Shown: positions 1-7,885 of the stretch, piece by piece
How the letters are laid out: every line of letters starts with the position of its first letter
Position numbering within the stretch: position 1 is the stretch's first letter
Assembly (NCBI GenBank): GCA_048885925.1
Contig: JBHLLG010000086.1
Span: 1-12,172 of the forward strand
Source: Candidatus Hermodarchaeota archaeon
Lineage (GTDB): Archaea > Asgardarchaeota > Lokiarchaeia > Sigyniarchaeales > SOKP01
Direction: 5' to 3'
DNA length: 12,172 bases
Position numbers and translations under genes: made by a program
Notes under the pieces: model-generated
The model's input: only the letters and a program-made list of their open reading frames with translations
What the model was told of the DNA's origin: nothing
Database searches by the model: none

Positions 1-157
1 ATGGTCTATTTATTTTATACAGCCTTTCTTGTATTGATCCAGTGTGAAGGTACATTAAGTTAATAGTCTCTTTTTTTATACTATATTTAAAACACAAGTT
101 AGCTTATATTAACAAAAATATCCAAAATTACTTCAATTCAACAAGTTTTTCGAATAG

Positions 158-1852
158 ATGACTCAACCTGAAATTAAAGAATTGACTCAAGCAAAACACC
201 TTATGGAAGAAGGAAAACTTAAGGAAGCTTTCCAAATTATTTCGGATTTAGAAAAAAGAGTCGATCTTACTCATCAAGAACTACTTTCATGCAAACTTCT
301 TAAAGCTAATCTATTAGTTAAATTAGGAAACTACTTAGATGATATAAAAATTGCTGAGGAGATTTTTCAAGAATTTCAGAAACTAGGAGATTTAGTATCA
401 TCTTTAGATGCTTTACTCATTCAAGCTTATTCCTATACGATAATGGTCAATATAAATCAAAGTGAAAATCTAATTACCCAAGCAGAAAATTTATTTAAAA
501 CTATTAAAGAAACACTTTCAATAGATCTAAGAGAAAGAGAATCTTTTTTGGTAAGGATAAAGGCTATTATTTACGCTTTTAGAGGAGATATTCACACTGC
601 TCTTGAATTAAATAAAAAGGCTTATGAACTTGCAAGAGATGCAGGAAATAAAGCATTGATCGCTTCGTGTCTTAATAATATTGCTGACATATATTATCAT
701 ATGAAAGAATATGATAAAGCAATAAAGTATGCTAAAGAAGCTATTAAGGTTGCAGGTACGCTGCAACCTGCCCCAGGTGCATTAGGTACCTTAATTGAAA
801 TTTATGTTAGTAAGGGAGATATTAAAGAAGCGAAAGTTTATCTTGATCAGTTGCGTTATTTTTACAAGAAACATGATACTAAACGATATAAAACTCTTAA
901 TTATTATTTTAAGGCTAAGATATTAAAATCAAGTCTACGAGCAAGAGATCGTATTAAAGCAGAAGATATATTTAAAGAGTTAGCTTTGGACAATACCTTA
1001 GATGGTGGATCACGGATTGAAGCGATCATAAACTTATGTGATTTATACCTGACTGAACTTCGGATAACTAATGACCCAGAGATAATAAACGAGATACACC
1101 CAAATATTCAAGAGTTATTAAGTATTGCTAAAAAGCAACATTTATATTTATATTTAGCCGAAACTTATTTTTTGCAAGCAAAACTTTCATTATTAACATT
1201 AGATCTAAAGAAAGCTAAAAGATTTTTAACTCAAGCTCAAAGAATAGCGGAATCATATGGTATAAAACAATTGGCAATGAAAATTTCATACGAGCATGAT
1301 AAATTACTTAGACAAACTAAAATGTGGGAGAGTTTGAATATTTCAGAAGTATCTCTATCTGACCGTTTGGAGCTTAGTGGTTTGAACAAACAAATGGAAA
1401 ATATGGTAAAAAGACGAATGATTGAAGCTCTGGAGATATCAAAAGAAGACCCTGTTATGCTATTAATTTTAACGGAGGGAGGCAATCTTTTATTCTCTAA
1501 AAAATTTATAGAAGATTTTTCATTTGAGGATGACATTTTAGGAGGTTTTCTAACCACCATAAATTATATTATTAGTGAAGTATTTTCTGAAGGTCTTGAT
1601 AGGGCAGTTTTTGGACAATATACTCTTCTTATGATGCCCGTTGAACCATTTTTAATTTGTTACATCTTTAAGGGGCACTCTTATTTTGCTTATCATAAGA
1701 TTAAAAATTTTCTTGATTCAATAAAAAATGATAGTGTGATTTGGCAATCTTTACAGAATTTTTTCCAAAAGAGTAAATCTATTCAAATGAACGACATTCC
1801 CTCGCTTGAAACCATCATAACTGAGATTTTTTCCAAGAAAAATATTCAGTAG
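158..1852 (+). CDS. Tetratricopeptide-repeat protein with C-terminal longin-like domain (564 aa)
   Basis: Helical repeats with TPR-like consensus (e.g. ASCLNNIADIYYHMKEYDKAIKYAKEAIKV, LIEIYVSKGDIKEAKVYLDQL). The last ~130 aa (PVMLLILTEGGNLLFSKKF...DDILGGFLTTINYIISEVF...YTLLMMPVEPFLICYIFKG) follow the beta-beta-alpha-beta-beta-beta-alpha pattern of longin/roadblock-like domains seen in Asgard proteins. Confidence 0.85.
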   Translation: MTQPEIKELTQAKHLMEEGKLKEAFQIISDLEKRVDLTHQELLSCKLLKANLLVKLGNYLDDIKIAEEIFQEFQKLGDLVSSLDALLIQAYSYTIMVNINQSENLITQAENLFKTIKETLSIDLRERESFLVRIKAIIYAFRGDIHTALELNKKAYELARDAGNKALIASCLNNIADIYYHMKEYDKAIKYAKEAIKVAGTLQPAPGALGTLIEIYVSKGDIKEAKVYLDQLRYFYKKHDTKRYKTLNYYFKAKILKSSLRARDRIKAEDIFKELALDNTLDGGSRIEAIINLCDLYLTELRITNDPEIINEIHPNIQELLSIAKKQHLYLYLAETYFLQAKLSLLTLDLKKAKRFLTQAQRIAESYGIKQLAMKISYEHDKLLRQTKMWESLNISEVSLSDRLELSGLNKQMENMVKRRMIEALEISKEDPVMLLILTEGGNLLFSKKFIEDFSFEDDILGGFLTTINYIISEVFSEGLDRAVFGQYTLLMMPVEPFLICYIFKGHSYFAYHKIKNFLDSIKNDSVIWQSLQNFFQKSKSIQMNDIPSLETIITEIFSKKNIQ

Positions 1853-1882
1853 AACTCTATCATTCAATCACTTCAGCTCACA

Positions 1883-1896
1883 AAAATTTTATATTA
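1883..1896 (+). promoter_or_regulatory. Candidate BRE/TATA promoter for the Rab-like GTPase
   Basis: AAAAA followed by TTTTATATT about 60 nt upstream of the ATG at 1956; AT-rich background lowers specificity. Confidence 0.3.
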
Positions 1897-1955
1897 ATAT
1901 AAAACTGATCTTACATTAGAAAAAAATTATAAATTGATTATAATACAGAAATCTA

Positions 1956-2498
1956 ATGAAGAATTCTGAGGAATTTCGATTTAAGGTAGCAGTCGTTGGA
2001 GATGGGGCAGTAGGTAAAACATCCTTAATTAAAAAATACACCAAAGGAACATTTGATAAGGATTATGTAAAAACAATTGGGGCTCAACTTTCAAAATATA
2101 ATAAAGAAATTAATGGAGACATGATTAGATTAATATTCTGGGATATAGCAGGTCAAGATGATTTCAATTTTTTACATCATTTGTTTTATAAAGAGGCTAA
2201 AGCAGCAATTATAGTATATAGCCTTGAAGAAAATGAACTTGGTCAAAATAGCTTCACACATATAAAGAACTGGCATGAGGTTGTAGTAAAAAATTGTGGA
2301 AATATTCCTGTTGTTTTATTTGCTAATAAAGCTGATTTAGTAGATGAAAATAGTCTAACTACAACGGAAATCCAAAAACTTACTAAAGAATATAATTTTT
2401 TGAATTTCTTTTTCACATCAGCAAAAACAGGACAAGGGGTTGTAGAAGCATTTAATACAATTATAGAACGATTATATTTAAAATTTAAAGAGTTTTAA
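1956..2498 (+). CDS. Ras-superfamily small GTPase, Rab-like (180 aa)
   Basis: G1 GDGAVGKT, G2 YVKTIG, G3 WDIAGQ, G4 NKAD, G5 TSAK. KTIGAQL and LIFWDIAGQ resemble Rab switch regions. No C-terminal Cys prenylation motif. Confidence 0.93.
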   Translation: MKNSEEFRFKVAVVGDGAVGKTSLIKKYTKGTFDKDYVKTIGAQLSKYNKEINGDMIRLIFWDIAGQDDFNFLHHLFYKEAKAAIIVYSLEENELGQNSFTHIKNWHEVVVKNCGNIPVVLFANKADLVDENSLTTTEIQKLTKEYNFLNFFFTSAKTGQGVVEAFNTIIERLYLKFKEF

Positions 2499-2632
2499 TA
2501 ATTTATATGGTTTAATTTCTTCTTAGTACTATATTAGAGTTCTAATCTTTCCTTTAATTGATAAAAAAATTATTGGCTTTTTTAAAGGTATTTTTAAATT
2601 ATCAATTAAATAAATATTGCTTTGATTTAATC

Positions 2633-3226
2633 ATGATTATTGATCATTGCGCTAAAACAATTAGTATTAAAATTGTGTATTTTGGACCAGCATTATCCGG
2701 TAAAACAACCTCAATTAAAGCGTTATTCTCTCACTTTGGGAAAAAAGAGCATTTGACTTCTATCGAAAGCACTATTAATAGAACCTTATTTTTTGATTAT
2801 GGTACAATTACATTTCAAAATGAAGAATGGAAATTAAAAATTCATATATATACCACTACAGGACAAGACTTTTATTTTGTAACACGCCCAATTACATTGC
2901 GGGCTGTAGACGGAGTTATATTTGTCCTAGATTCACATAAAGATGTTTATGAACGAAATCTACTTTCTTGGAAGGAATTACTTTCTTATTTTAATGATTT
3001 AATAAAGGATCTACCAATTATCATTGCATTTAACAAACAAGATTTATCAAATAAATTCAATTCGATAGAATTCTTAAAAAAAATTGAATTTCATAAGTAT
3101 AAGAATATTGATACACGATATACGATAGCATTAAATGGAGAAGGAATTTTAGATTGCTTTGAAGATGCTTTACGATTAATTTTAAAAAAATATTATGATA
3201 ACCAATTAGTTTCAGCAGTTAATTGA
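2633..3226 (+). CDS. mglA: MglA-family small GTPase (197 aa; probable start ATG 2633 rather than TTG 2558)
   Basis: KIVYFGPALSGKTT (MglA-type G1), RTLFFD (intrinsic Arg finger/G2), TTTGQ in place of DxxGQ (MglA has TVPGQ), VDGVIFVLDS, NKQD. MIID..KTISIKIVY matches the usual MglA N-terminus; the 25 upstream codons look like AT-rich intergenic sequence. Confidence 0.85.
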   Translation: MIIDHCAKTISIKIVYFGPALSGKTTSIKALFSHFGKKEHLTSIESTINRTLFFDYGTITFQNEEWKLKIHIYTTTGQDFYFVTRPITLRAVDGVIFVLDSHKDVYERNLLSWKELLSYFNDLIKDLPIIIAFNKQDLSNKFNSIEFLKKIEFHKYKNIDTRYTIALNGEGILDCFEDALRLILKKYYDNQLVSAVN

Positions 3227-3247
3227 AAACTTTTACTTAATATTTAT

Positions 3248-4459
3248 TCAAAAGAAACTAACTTCTGATACAGGTGATTGAATTCTAATACTCTGTTGAC
3301 TATTATCCTCTAAAATTGAAATTAGAGCTGTGACATTTTGCTTAGTCTCATAGATAATTTCTTTCTCTTCCCCTTTAGACCAAAAATTAAAACCAGTTAT
3401 ACTTGGAGCAGTTTCAAAAAGACCCTCCTGTAATCCAGAAATCTTTACAGAAACTCCTTTAAGATCTTCTTTTGAGATATTTTTTATTCTTAATATATAT
3501 TTATCAATGTCAGAATCAATTGAAACAACTTTATAGGTCTTTTGGAATTTTGAAATACCCTCAAATAAAGAAGATGCTTTACCCACTCCTTCAACAAATA
3601 AGTTAATGCTTACCTTCTTCTCTGAAATAGGACCTGTTGAGATGGTTATAGGCACTTCAAGTTTAATTGGTTCTACCCCATATTCAGGCTTTTTATTTCC
3701 AATGAAAAGTAAGCTCCATTTTGTGTAAAACCCATATCTAAATCCAAACGCTTCCTTCTCAGAAGGTGACCACAGAAAATTTTGGCTTGGTTCAGCAACT
3801 TCCGGGACTTTTAACAATAAAAACTCTTTTTCAAAATTTTGAGTTCGAACATCACCGGCAATCGCGGGAGGAAGTTCTTCGACTTTGCGGCAATTTTGAC
3901 CATACGCTTCACAATAACAAATCAAGTTGGAATTTTGTAGTAATCTGACTTCAAGTTGTTTAAGTTCTTCTGAAGTATATCCAATTTTTATAGTTTCTCC
4001 AGGTTTATATATATCTTTAGTTAGCAAAACATTCAACCCTGAAAGTGAAAAAGAGACTGGTTTTGGTGATTTTGCTTGATCTCCTGAATCTCTTGCCTTT
4101 ATTACAACATCATGAGTTTTGTTAATTAATAAATCTTCTTCAGGATTAATTGGATTCGGTTGTCTTAAAATTAATTTTAATGAATATTTGAGATTTCTAT
4201 TTTTTATAGTTGGGACAATATTACTCTTAATAAGGATAGATTTTTCACGAATATATTCTCCCGCTTCAAAATGCCCTTTTGAAAAAATTTCTTCTTTTGA
4301 AACTTGAACTTCCTTCAAGCATGGTGGATTAGTTATTAATCTAATCCCACTCCAAAAAATATCTGATTCTTCTTCGAAATTGAATTTAGCCAATACTCCA
4401 AGTTTATCTCCAATAAAAATAGAACCTTCATTTAAGTCTCGTAATTCTAACTTTACCAA
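3248..4459 (-). CDS. Arrestin/Vps26/SpoOM-fold-like beta-sandwich protein with Cys cluster and extra C-terminal Ig-like domain (403 aa, TTG start)
   Basis: Long all-beta ORF. GHFEAGEY..K.ILI.SNIVPTI...NLKYSLKLIL resembles the arrestin-N end; LTKDIYKPGETIKI resembles the arrestin-C start (xYxPGExI); LEVPITI closes the second sandwich. The fold is inferred by eye, while the ORF itself is secure. Confidence 0.65.
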   Translation of the reverse strand: MVKLELRDLNEGSIFIGDKLGVLAKFNFEEESDIFWSGIRLITNPPCLKEVQVSKEEIFSKGHFEAGEYIREKSILIKSNIVPTIKNRNLKYSLKLILRQPNPINPEEDLLINKTHDVVIKARDSGDQAKSPKPVSFSLSGLNVLLTKDIYKPGETIKIGYTSEELKQLEVRLLQNSNLICYCEAYGQNCRKVEELPPAIAGDVRTQNFEKEFLLLKVPEVAEPSQNFLWSPSEKEAFGFRYGFYTKWSLLFIGNKKPEYGVEPIKLEVPITISTGPISEKKVSINLFVEGVGKASSLFEGISKFQKTYKVVSIDSDIDKYILRIKNISKEDLKGVSVKISGLQEGLFETAPSITGFNFWSKGEEKEIIYETKQNVTALISILEDNSQQSIRIQSPVSEVSFF

Positions 4460-4510
4460 GCCAAACAGATATAATGATGATTTTTCTATTAATTGTATAA
4501 AAAGATAGAA

Positions 4511-4527
4511 TTTTATAAAAACTTTTT
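4511..4527 (-). promoter_or_regulatory. Candidate BRE/TATA promoter for the arrestin-like gene
   Basis: Minus strand reads AAAAAGTTTTTATAAAA (purine-rich BRE then TTTATAAA) about 50 nt upstream of TTG 4459, in the divergent intergenic gap. Confidence 0.4.
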
Positions 4528-4675
4528 ATTATTAAATTAGAAATATGGAAATAGTTAATCTAATGTTTAATTATTTGCGCATTTGTTCAAGATTGTCAAT
4601 ATTTATGTTCATCTTAACACCCTAAAAAGTAAATATGATAAATCATTTTGTTAATAAGATTACAAACTTACATTA

Positions 4676-5407
4676 ATGGAAGTTATCGTATTGAAAAACA
4701 GTCTCGATGGTAAAATTAAAGCAATATTTTTTGATTTAGATAATACTTTGCTTGATATCGATTTGGATAAGTTCGTTCCACAATACTTAAAGTCTTTAGC
4801 AAAAAGTGTAGCTCACTTAATCCCTCCGCAAAAATTTATTCCTAAAATCTTGGAAGCTTCTAAAGCCATAGAACAAAATGACGGGACTATTACTAATGAA
4901 GAAGTATATGAAAAAATCTTTTTTCCTATAGAAGGCTACTCTCGTGAAGATCTTCAACCATATTTCGAGAAATACTACGAACAAGAGTTCTCTAAACTGC
5001 AAACGTATGCTCGTAAAAAGCCTGAAGCTCGGACAATTATGCAGATTGTCTTTGATAAAGGATATGATGTTATTATTGCAACTACCCCTCTTCTTCCAGC
5101 AACTGCGATCGAACAGAGATTAGAATGGGCAGATGTGGCAGATTTTCCATACTGCTTAATTACAACTATCGAGAATAGTTATGCTACTAAATCTTTAACC
5201 CACCTTCTTTATTATGAACAGATACTTAATAAAATTGGATATCCTGCACAAGCATGTTTAATGGTTGGTGACGAAGATAAGGATATGATTGCTGCCCGTC
5301 TTGAGATTCAAACATTTTTAATTGAAGGTAAAAAGATAGATTTTGATAATCATGTACCTGAACCAACCTATAAAGGTTCGTTGTGTGACTTAAAATATTT
5401 ACTTTAG
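4676..5407 (+). CDS. HAD-superfamily hydrolase (subfamily IA-like, with cap domain)
   Basis: Motif I FFDLDNTL (DxD), motif II IIATTP, motif III Lys in YATK, motif IV MVGDEDKDM. Confidence 0.92.
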   Translation: MEVIVLKNSLDGKIKAIFFDLDNTLLDIDLDKFVPQYLKSLAKSVAHLIPPQKFIPKILEASKAIEQNDGTITNEEVYEKIFFPIEGYSREDLQPYFEKYYEQEFSKLQTYARKKPEARTIMQIVFDKGYDVIIATTPLLPATAIEQRLEWADVADFPYCLITTIENSYATKSLTHLLYYEQILNKIGYPAQACLMVGDEDKDMIAARLEIQTFLIEGKKIDFDNHVPEPTYKGSLCDLKYLL

Positions 5408-5434
5408 GATTCTTTTAATTCATCAATCTTTTTT

Positions 5435-5593
5435 CTAAGTATAAGCAAGTTTGCTCATATTATAGATTGGAGGAAGAGGATCCTCTAATAGCATTTTACC
5501 AAGACATCTTGCACATAAGTAGACTTCTCTATTTTTATCTGTGAAAAAACACATATACAAATTTTCTTGATGAAGACATCCTTCGCACCTCAT
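5435..5593 (-). CDS. Small putative zinc-binding protein (52 aa), absent from the ORF track
   Basis: Manual translation: MRCEGCLHQENLYMCFFTDKNREVYLCARCLGKMLLEDPLPPIYNMSKLAYT*. Two CxxC pairs, fills an otherwise empty gap, and has a TATA-like CTTTTATAAG (5620-5611) shortly upstream. Confidence 0.7.
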   Translation of the reverse strand: MRCEGCLHQENLYMCFFTDKNREVYLCARCLGKMLLEDPLPPIYNMSKLAYT

Positions 5594-5754
5594 AATTCAT
5601 CTTACATTTTCTTATAAAAGCATAAAAATATTATTATTAAATTCTCAATAAACTTTTGATATATTACATCCATGTTAAAAATTAAAGGAGTTAAAATTAA
5701 ATACAAAATCTTTTACTTTTCATTAAAAAAAGTAAATTTTCATCCGTTCAAATT

Positions 5755-5768
5755 TTAAATTTATATTA
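5755..5768 (+). promoter_or_regulatory. Candidate TATA box for the sensor/receiver operon
   Basis: TTAAATTTATATTA ending about 26 nt upstream of ATG 5794, a spacing compatible with a leaderless or short-leader archaeal transcript. Confidence 0.35.
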
Positions 5769-5793
5769 ATTTTTTTTAAAAGGATGCTATTGT

Positions 5794-6642
5794 ATGCATG
5801 AGCTTATATTTTTCAGTATGTTTTTATTAGTTTTGATAAGAGTAGTTGGAGTGATTGTCTCTGTGAATTTTTATCATGAATCAAAATCTAATACATACAT
5901 TTATTTCATTATTGGATGGTTTTTTTGGATTATAGCAGGTATTGTTGCCTTACTTTCTGCCATTACTTATAATCAAATACAAGAAAAGATGTTTCTTTTA
6001 ATGAATTATATTATCGGACCGATTGCGATATTTTTTTTAGCAGTTGGACTAAGCTCCTATTACATTAAAATCTCTACTAATAAAATTAAGTATATTTCTG
6101 TGCTCTTAATAATTTTTCCGTTAATTGTTAATTTTTCTATAGGAATAGTCCTTGTAGGATTATATGCTCGGATCTTTCAATTTTTGGGAATTATTTTAGC
6201 ATTTCTATTACCTTTTTTGAAATATGATACTTTTAAGAAAAGAATAGGAAAAAGTATTAGATGGTATTATCTGACATGCTTTTCAATAGTTATCTATATT
6301 CCATTAGCAATTTCAAATATGATAAATTCTGCATTATCTGGTTCATTTCAAAGTCAAGACCTCGCTATTATCATCGGAGCATATTCCTCTATTATTTTAA
6401 TGACTATTTTACTTATAGCTTTTATAATTCATTTAGAATACACAATCTCTAACGAACAACATAGTCAGTTGAAGGATAAATACTCTCACGACCTAGGAAA
6501 TATTATGCAAGTAATTTATAGTTCAGCTGAGCTGTTTAAAAGAATTTTAAACATAGAGAAAATTGACAATGATAAATTGGATTTAATAGAAAAAAAATGT
6601 AGGGAAGCTTCAAAATTAATAAAAGAAATAAGAAACATCTAA
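5794..6642 (+). CDS. ~7-TM membrane sensor with C-terminal HisKA/DHp (H-box) domain, lacking the HATPase catalytic domain (282 aa)
   Basis: About seven hydrophobic segments in aa 1-215, then LKDKYSHDLGNIMQVIYSSAELF (H-box) and a second helix LDLIEKKCREASKLIKEIRNI, then the stop. No N/G1/F/G2 boxes. Confidence 0.8.
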   Translation: MHELIFFSMFLLVLIRVVGVIVSVNFYHESKSNTYIYFIIGWFFWIIAGIVALLSAITYNQIQEKMFLLMNYIIGPIAIFFLAVGLSSYYIKISTNKIKYISVLLIIFPLIVNFSIGIVLVGLYARIFQFLGIILAFLLPFLKYDTFKKRIGKSIRWYYLTCFSIVIYIPLAISNMINSALSGSFQSQDLAIIIGAYSSIILMTILLIAFIIHLEYTISNEQHSQLKDKYSHDLGNIMQVIYSSAELFKRILNIEKIDNDKLDLIEKKCREASKLIKEIRNI

Positions 6643-6677
6643 CTACTATGCAAAATACACATCTTTAGGGGATTATT

Positions 6678-7055
6678 ATAGCTAAAATCTTAATTGTTGA
6701 TGATGATATCGACATTGTCAACCTTTTTGAGCAATTTTTGAAGTTCAGGGAGCATGAAGTTGTTGCAAAGGCTTTCAATGGAGAGGAAGCGTTAGAAATT
6801 TATAAAAACTTTCAAAATTCGCTAGATATAATTCTGATGGATCATAGAATGCCCTCAAAAAATGGTTTAGAGGTAACAAAAGATATTTTAGCAATTAATC
6901 CTGATTGTAAAATAATTTTTGTGAGTGCTGATTATAGTGTTAGAGAAAAAGCTTTAACTGTTGGCGCGATTGATTTTTTAGAAAAACCTATAGATTTCAA
7001 CACTTTATTTAATATGATTAATAAATATACTCAGATTGAGGCTAAAATTCATTAA
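6678..7055 (+). CDS. Single-domain CheY-like response regulator receiver (125 aa if started at ATA 6678)
   Basis: The frame upstream of the called TTG 6738 reads AKILIVDDDIDIVNLFEQFL (beta1 and acidic pocket). Phospho-acceptor DIILMDHRMP, IIFVSA and FLEKP are present. In-frame TAG at 6666; SD-like AGGGGA at 6667-6672. Product secure, exact start inferred. Confidence 0.9.
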   Translation: MAKILIVDDDIDIVNLFEQFLKFREHEVVAKAFNGEEALEIYKNFQNSLDIILMDHRMPSKNGLEVTKDILAINPDCKIIFVSADYSVREKALTVGAIDFLEKPIDFNTLFNMINKYTQIEAKIH

Positions 7056-7063
7056 AATAAGTG

Positions 7064-7642
7064 TCATTTATATAATCCTTCATTAATTTCATTATATCTA
7101 AAACATACTATTATATGATCATTAACCATCCCTACTGCCTGCATAAAAGCATAACAAATAGTAGGGCCAACAAATTTGAATCCCCTCTTCTTTAAGTCTT
7201 TGCTCATCTGTTCTGATTGCTCAGTTTTAGAAGGTAATTCTGAAAGATCTTTAAATTTATTATTAATTGTTTTATAATTAACAAATTTCCAAATGTATTT
7301 ATTAAATGAACCGAATTCTTTTTGAACTTTTAAAAATGCTTTAGCATTTGTAATTACAGATTTGATTTTAAGTGTATTCCTTATTATACCTTTATTATTC
7401 ATTAACTCATCGATATTTTGTTCAGCATATTTAGCGATTTTATTATAATCAAAATTATCAAATGCCAATCTATAGTTTTCACGCTTTTGTAATATTGTAT
7501 TCCAACTTAATCCTGCTTGATTGCCCTCTAATATTAAAAATTCAAATAAAAGGCGATCGTCATGAAGAGGTGTACCCCATTCTTGATCGTGGTATCTTCT
7601 CATTAATTCGTCATTCTCAGCCCATCTACAGCGGGTAACCAC
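7064..7642 (-). CDS. tag: DNA-3-methyladenine glycosylase I
   Basis: RCRW, YHDQEWG, FEFLILEGNQAGLSWNTIL, IIRN.LKI, LKKRGFKFVGPTICYAFMQAVGMVNDH...C, the hallmark Tag motifs including the Zn ligands. GTG start. Confidence 0.96.
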   Translation of the reverse strand: MVTRCRWAENDELMRRYHDQEWGTPLHDDRLLFEFLILEGNQAGLSWNTILQKRENYRLAFDNFDYNKIAKYAEQNIDELMNNKGIIRNTLKIKSVITNAKAFLKVQKEFGSFNKYIWKFVNYKTINNKFKDLSELPSKTEQSEQMSKDLKKRGFKFVGPTICYAFMQAVGMVNDHIIVCFRYNEINEGLYK

Positions 7643-7885
7643 TTTTATCTCACGAGTTGATTATAATATTTGAGTTTTTTAATCTTATAAATATGTAAAA
7701 AAAATAAAATCTATTGATTTTAATTAGATAGATGGAATTTAAAGTTCCATCGGAATATTGATTCACTTTTTAAAATAAATCCAAACTTATTTAAATTCTC
7801 TTTTGCAATATTATTTTTGAATAGATTCGCTATAATTACAATTTTTTTATTTTAATTTAACCAAACTGAAAGAAGGGTTAGAAAA

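Noticed and set aside
1-63. Possible partial genes at the left edge (minus-strand ATG 55 MYLHTGSIQERLYKINRP..., or plus-strand frame ending at TAA 61-63)
   Set aside because: Too short, with no recognisable motif; the two readings cannot be distinguished without flanking sequence.
1237-1560. 107-aa minus-strand ORF
   Set aside because: Antisense shadow entirely within the TPR-longin gene; no motifs.
2558-2632. N-terminal extension of the MglA-like ORF from TTG 2558
   Set aside because: AT-rich and promoter-like; family similarity begins at ATG 2633.
3766-4307. Short plus-strand ORFs 3766-3948 and 4119-4307
   Set aside because: Antisense to the arrestin-like gene; no coding features.
4817-5002. 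61-aa minus-strand ORF
   Set aside because: Antisense shadow of the HAD hydrolase.
5475-5486. Perfect 12-bp palindrome AGAGGATCCTCT
   Set aside because: Single copy inside the small ORF; compatible with chance.
5674-5701. Imperfect direct repeat GTTAAAA(A)TTAAA upstream of the sensor
   Set aside because: Low-complexity AT-rich sequence with only two copies; cannot be supported as an operator.
6261-6452. 63-aa alternative-frame ORF
   Set aside because: Nested within the membrane sensor gene; no motifs.
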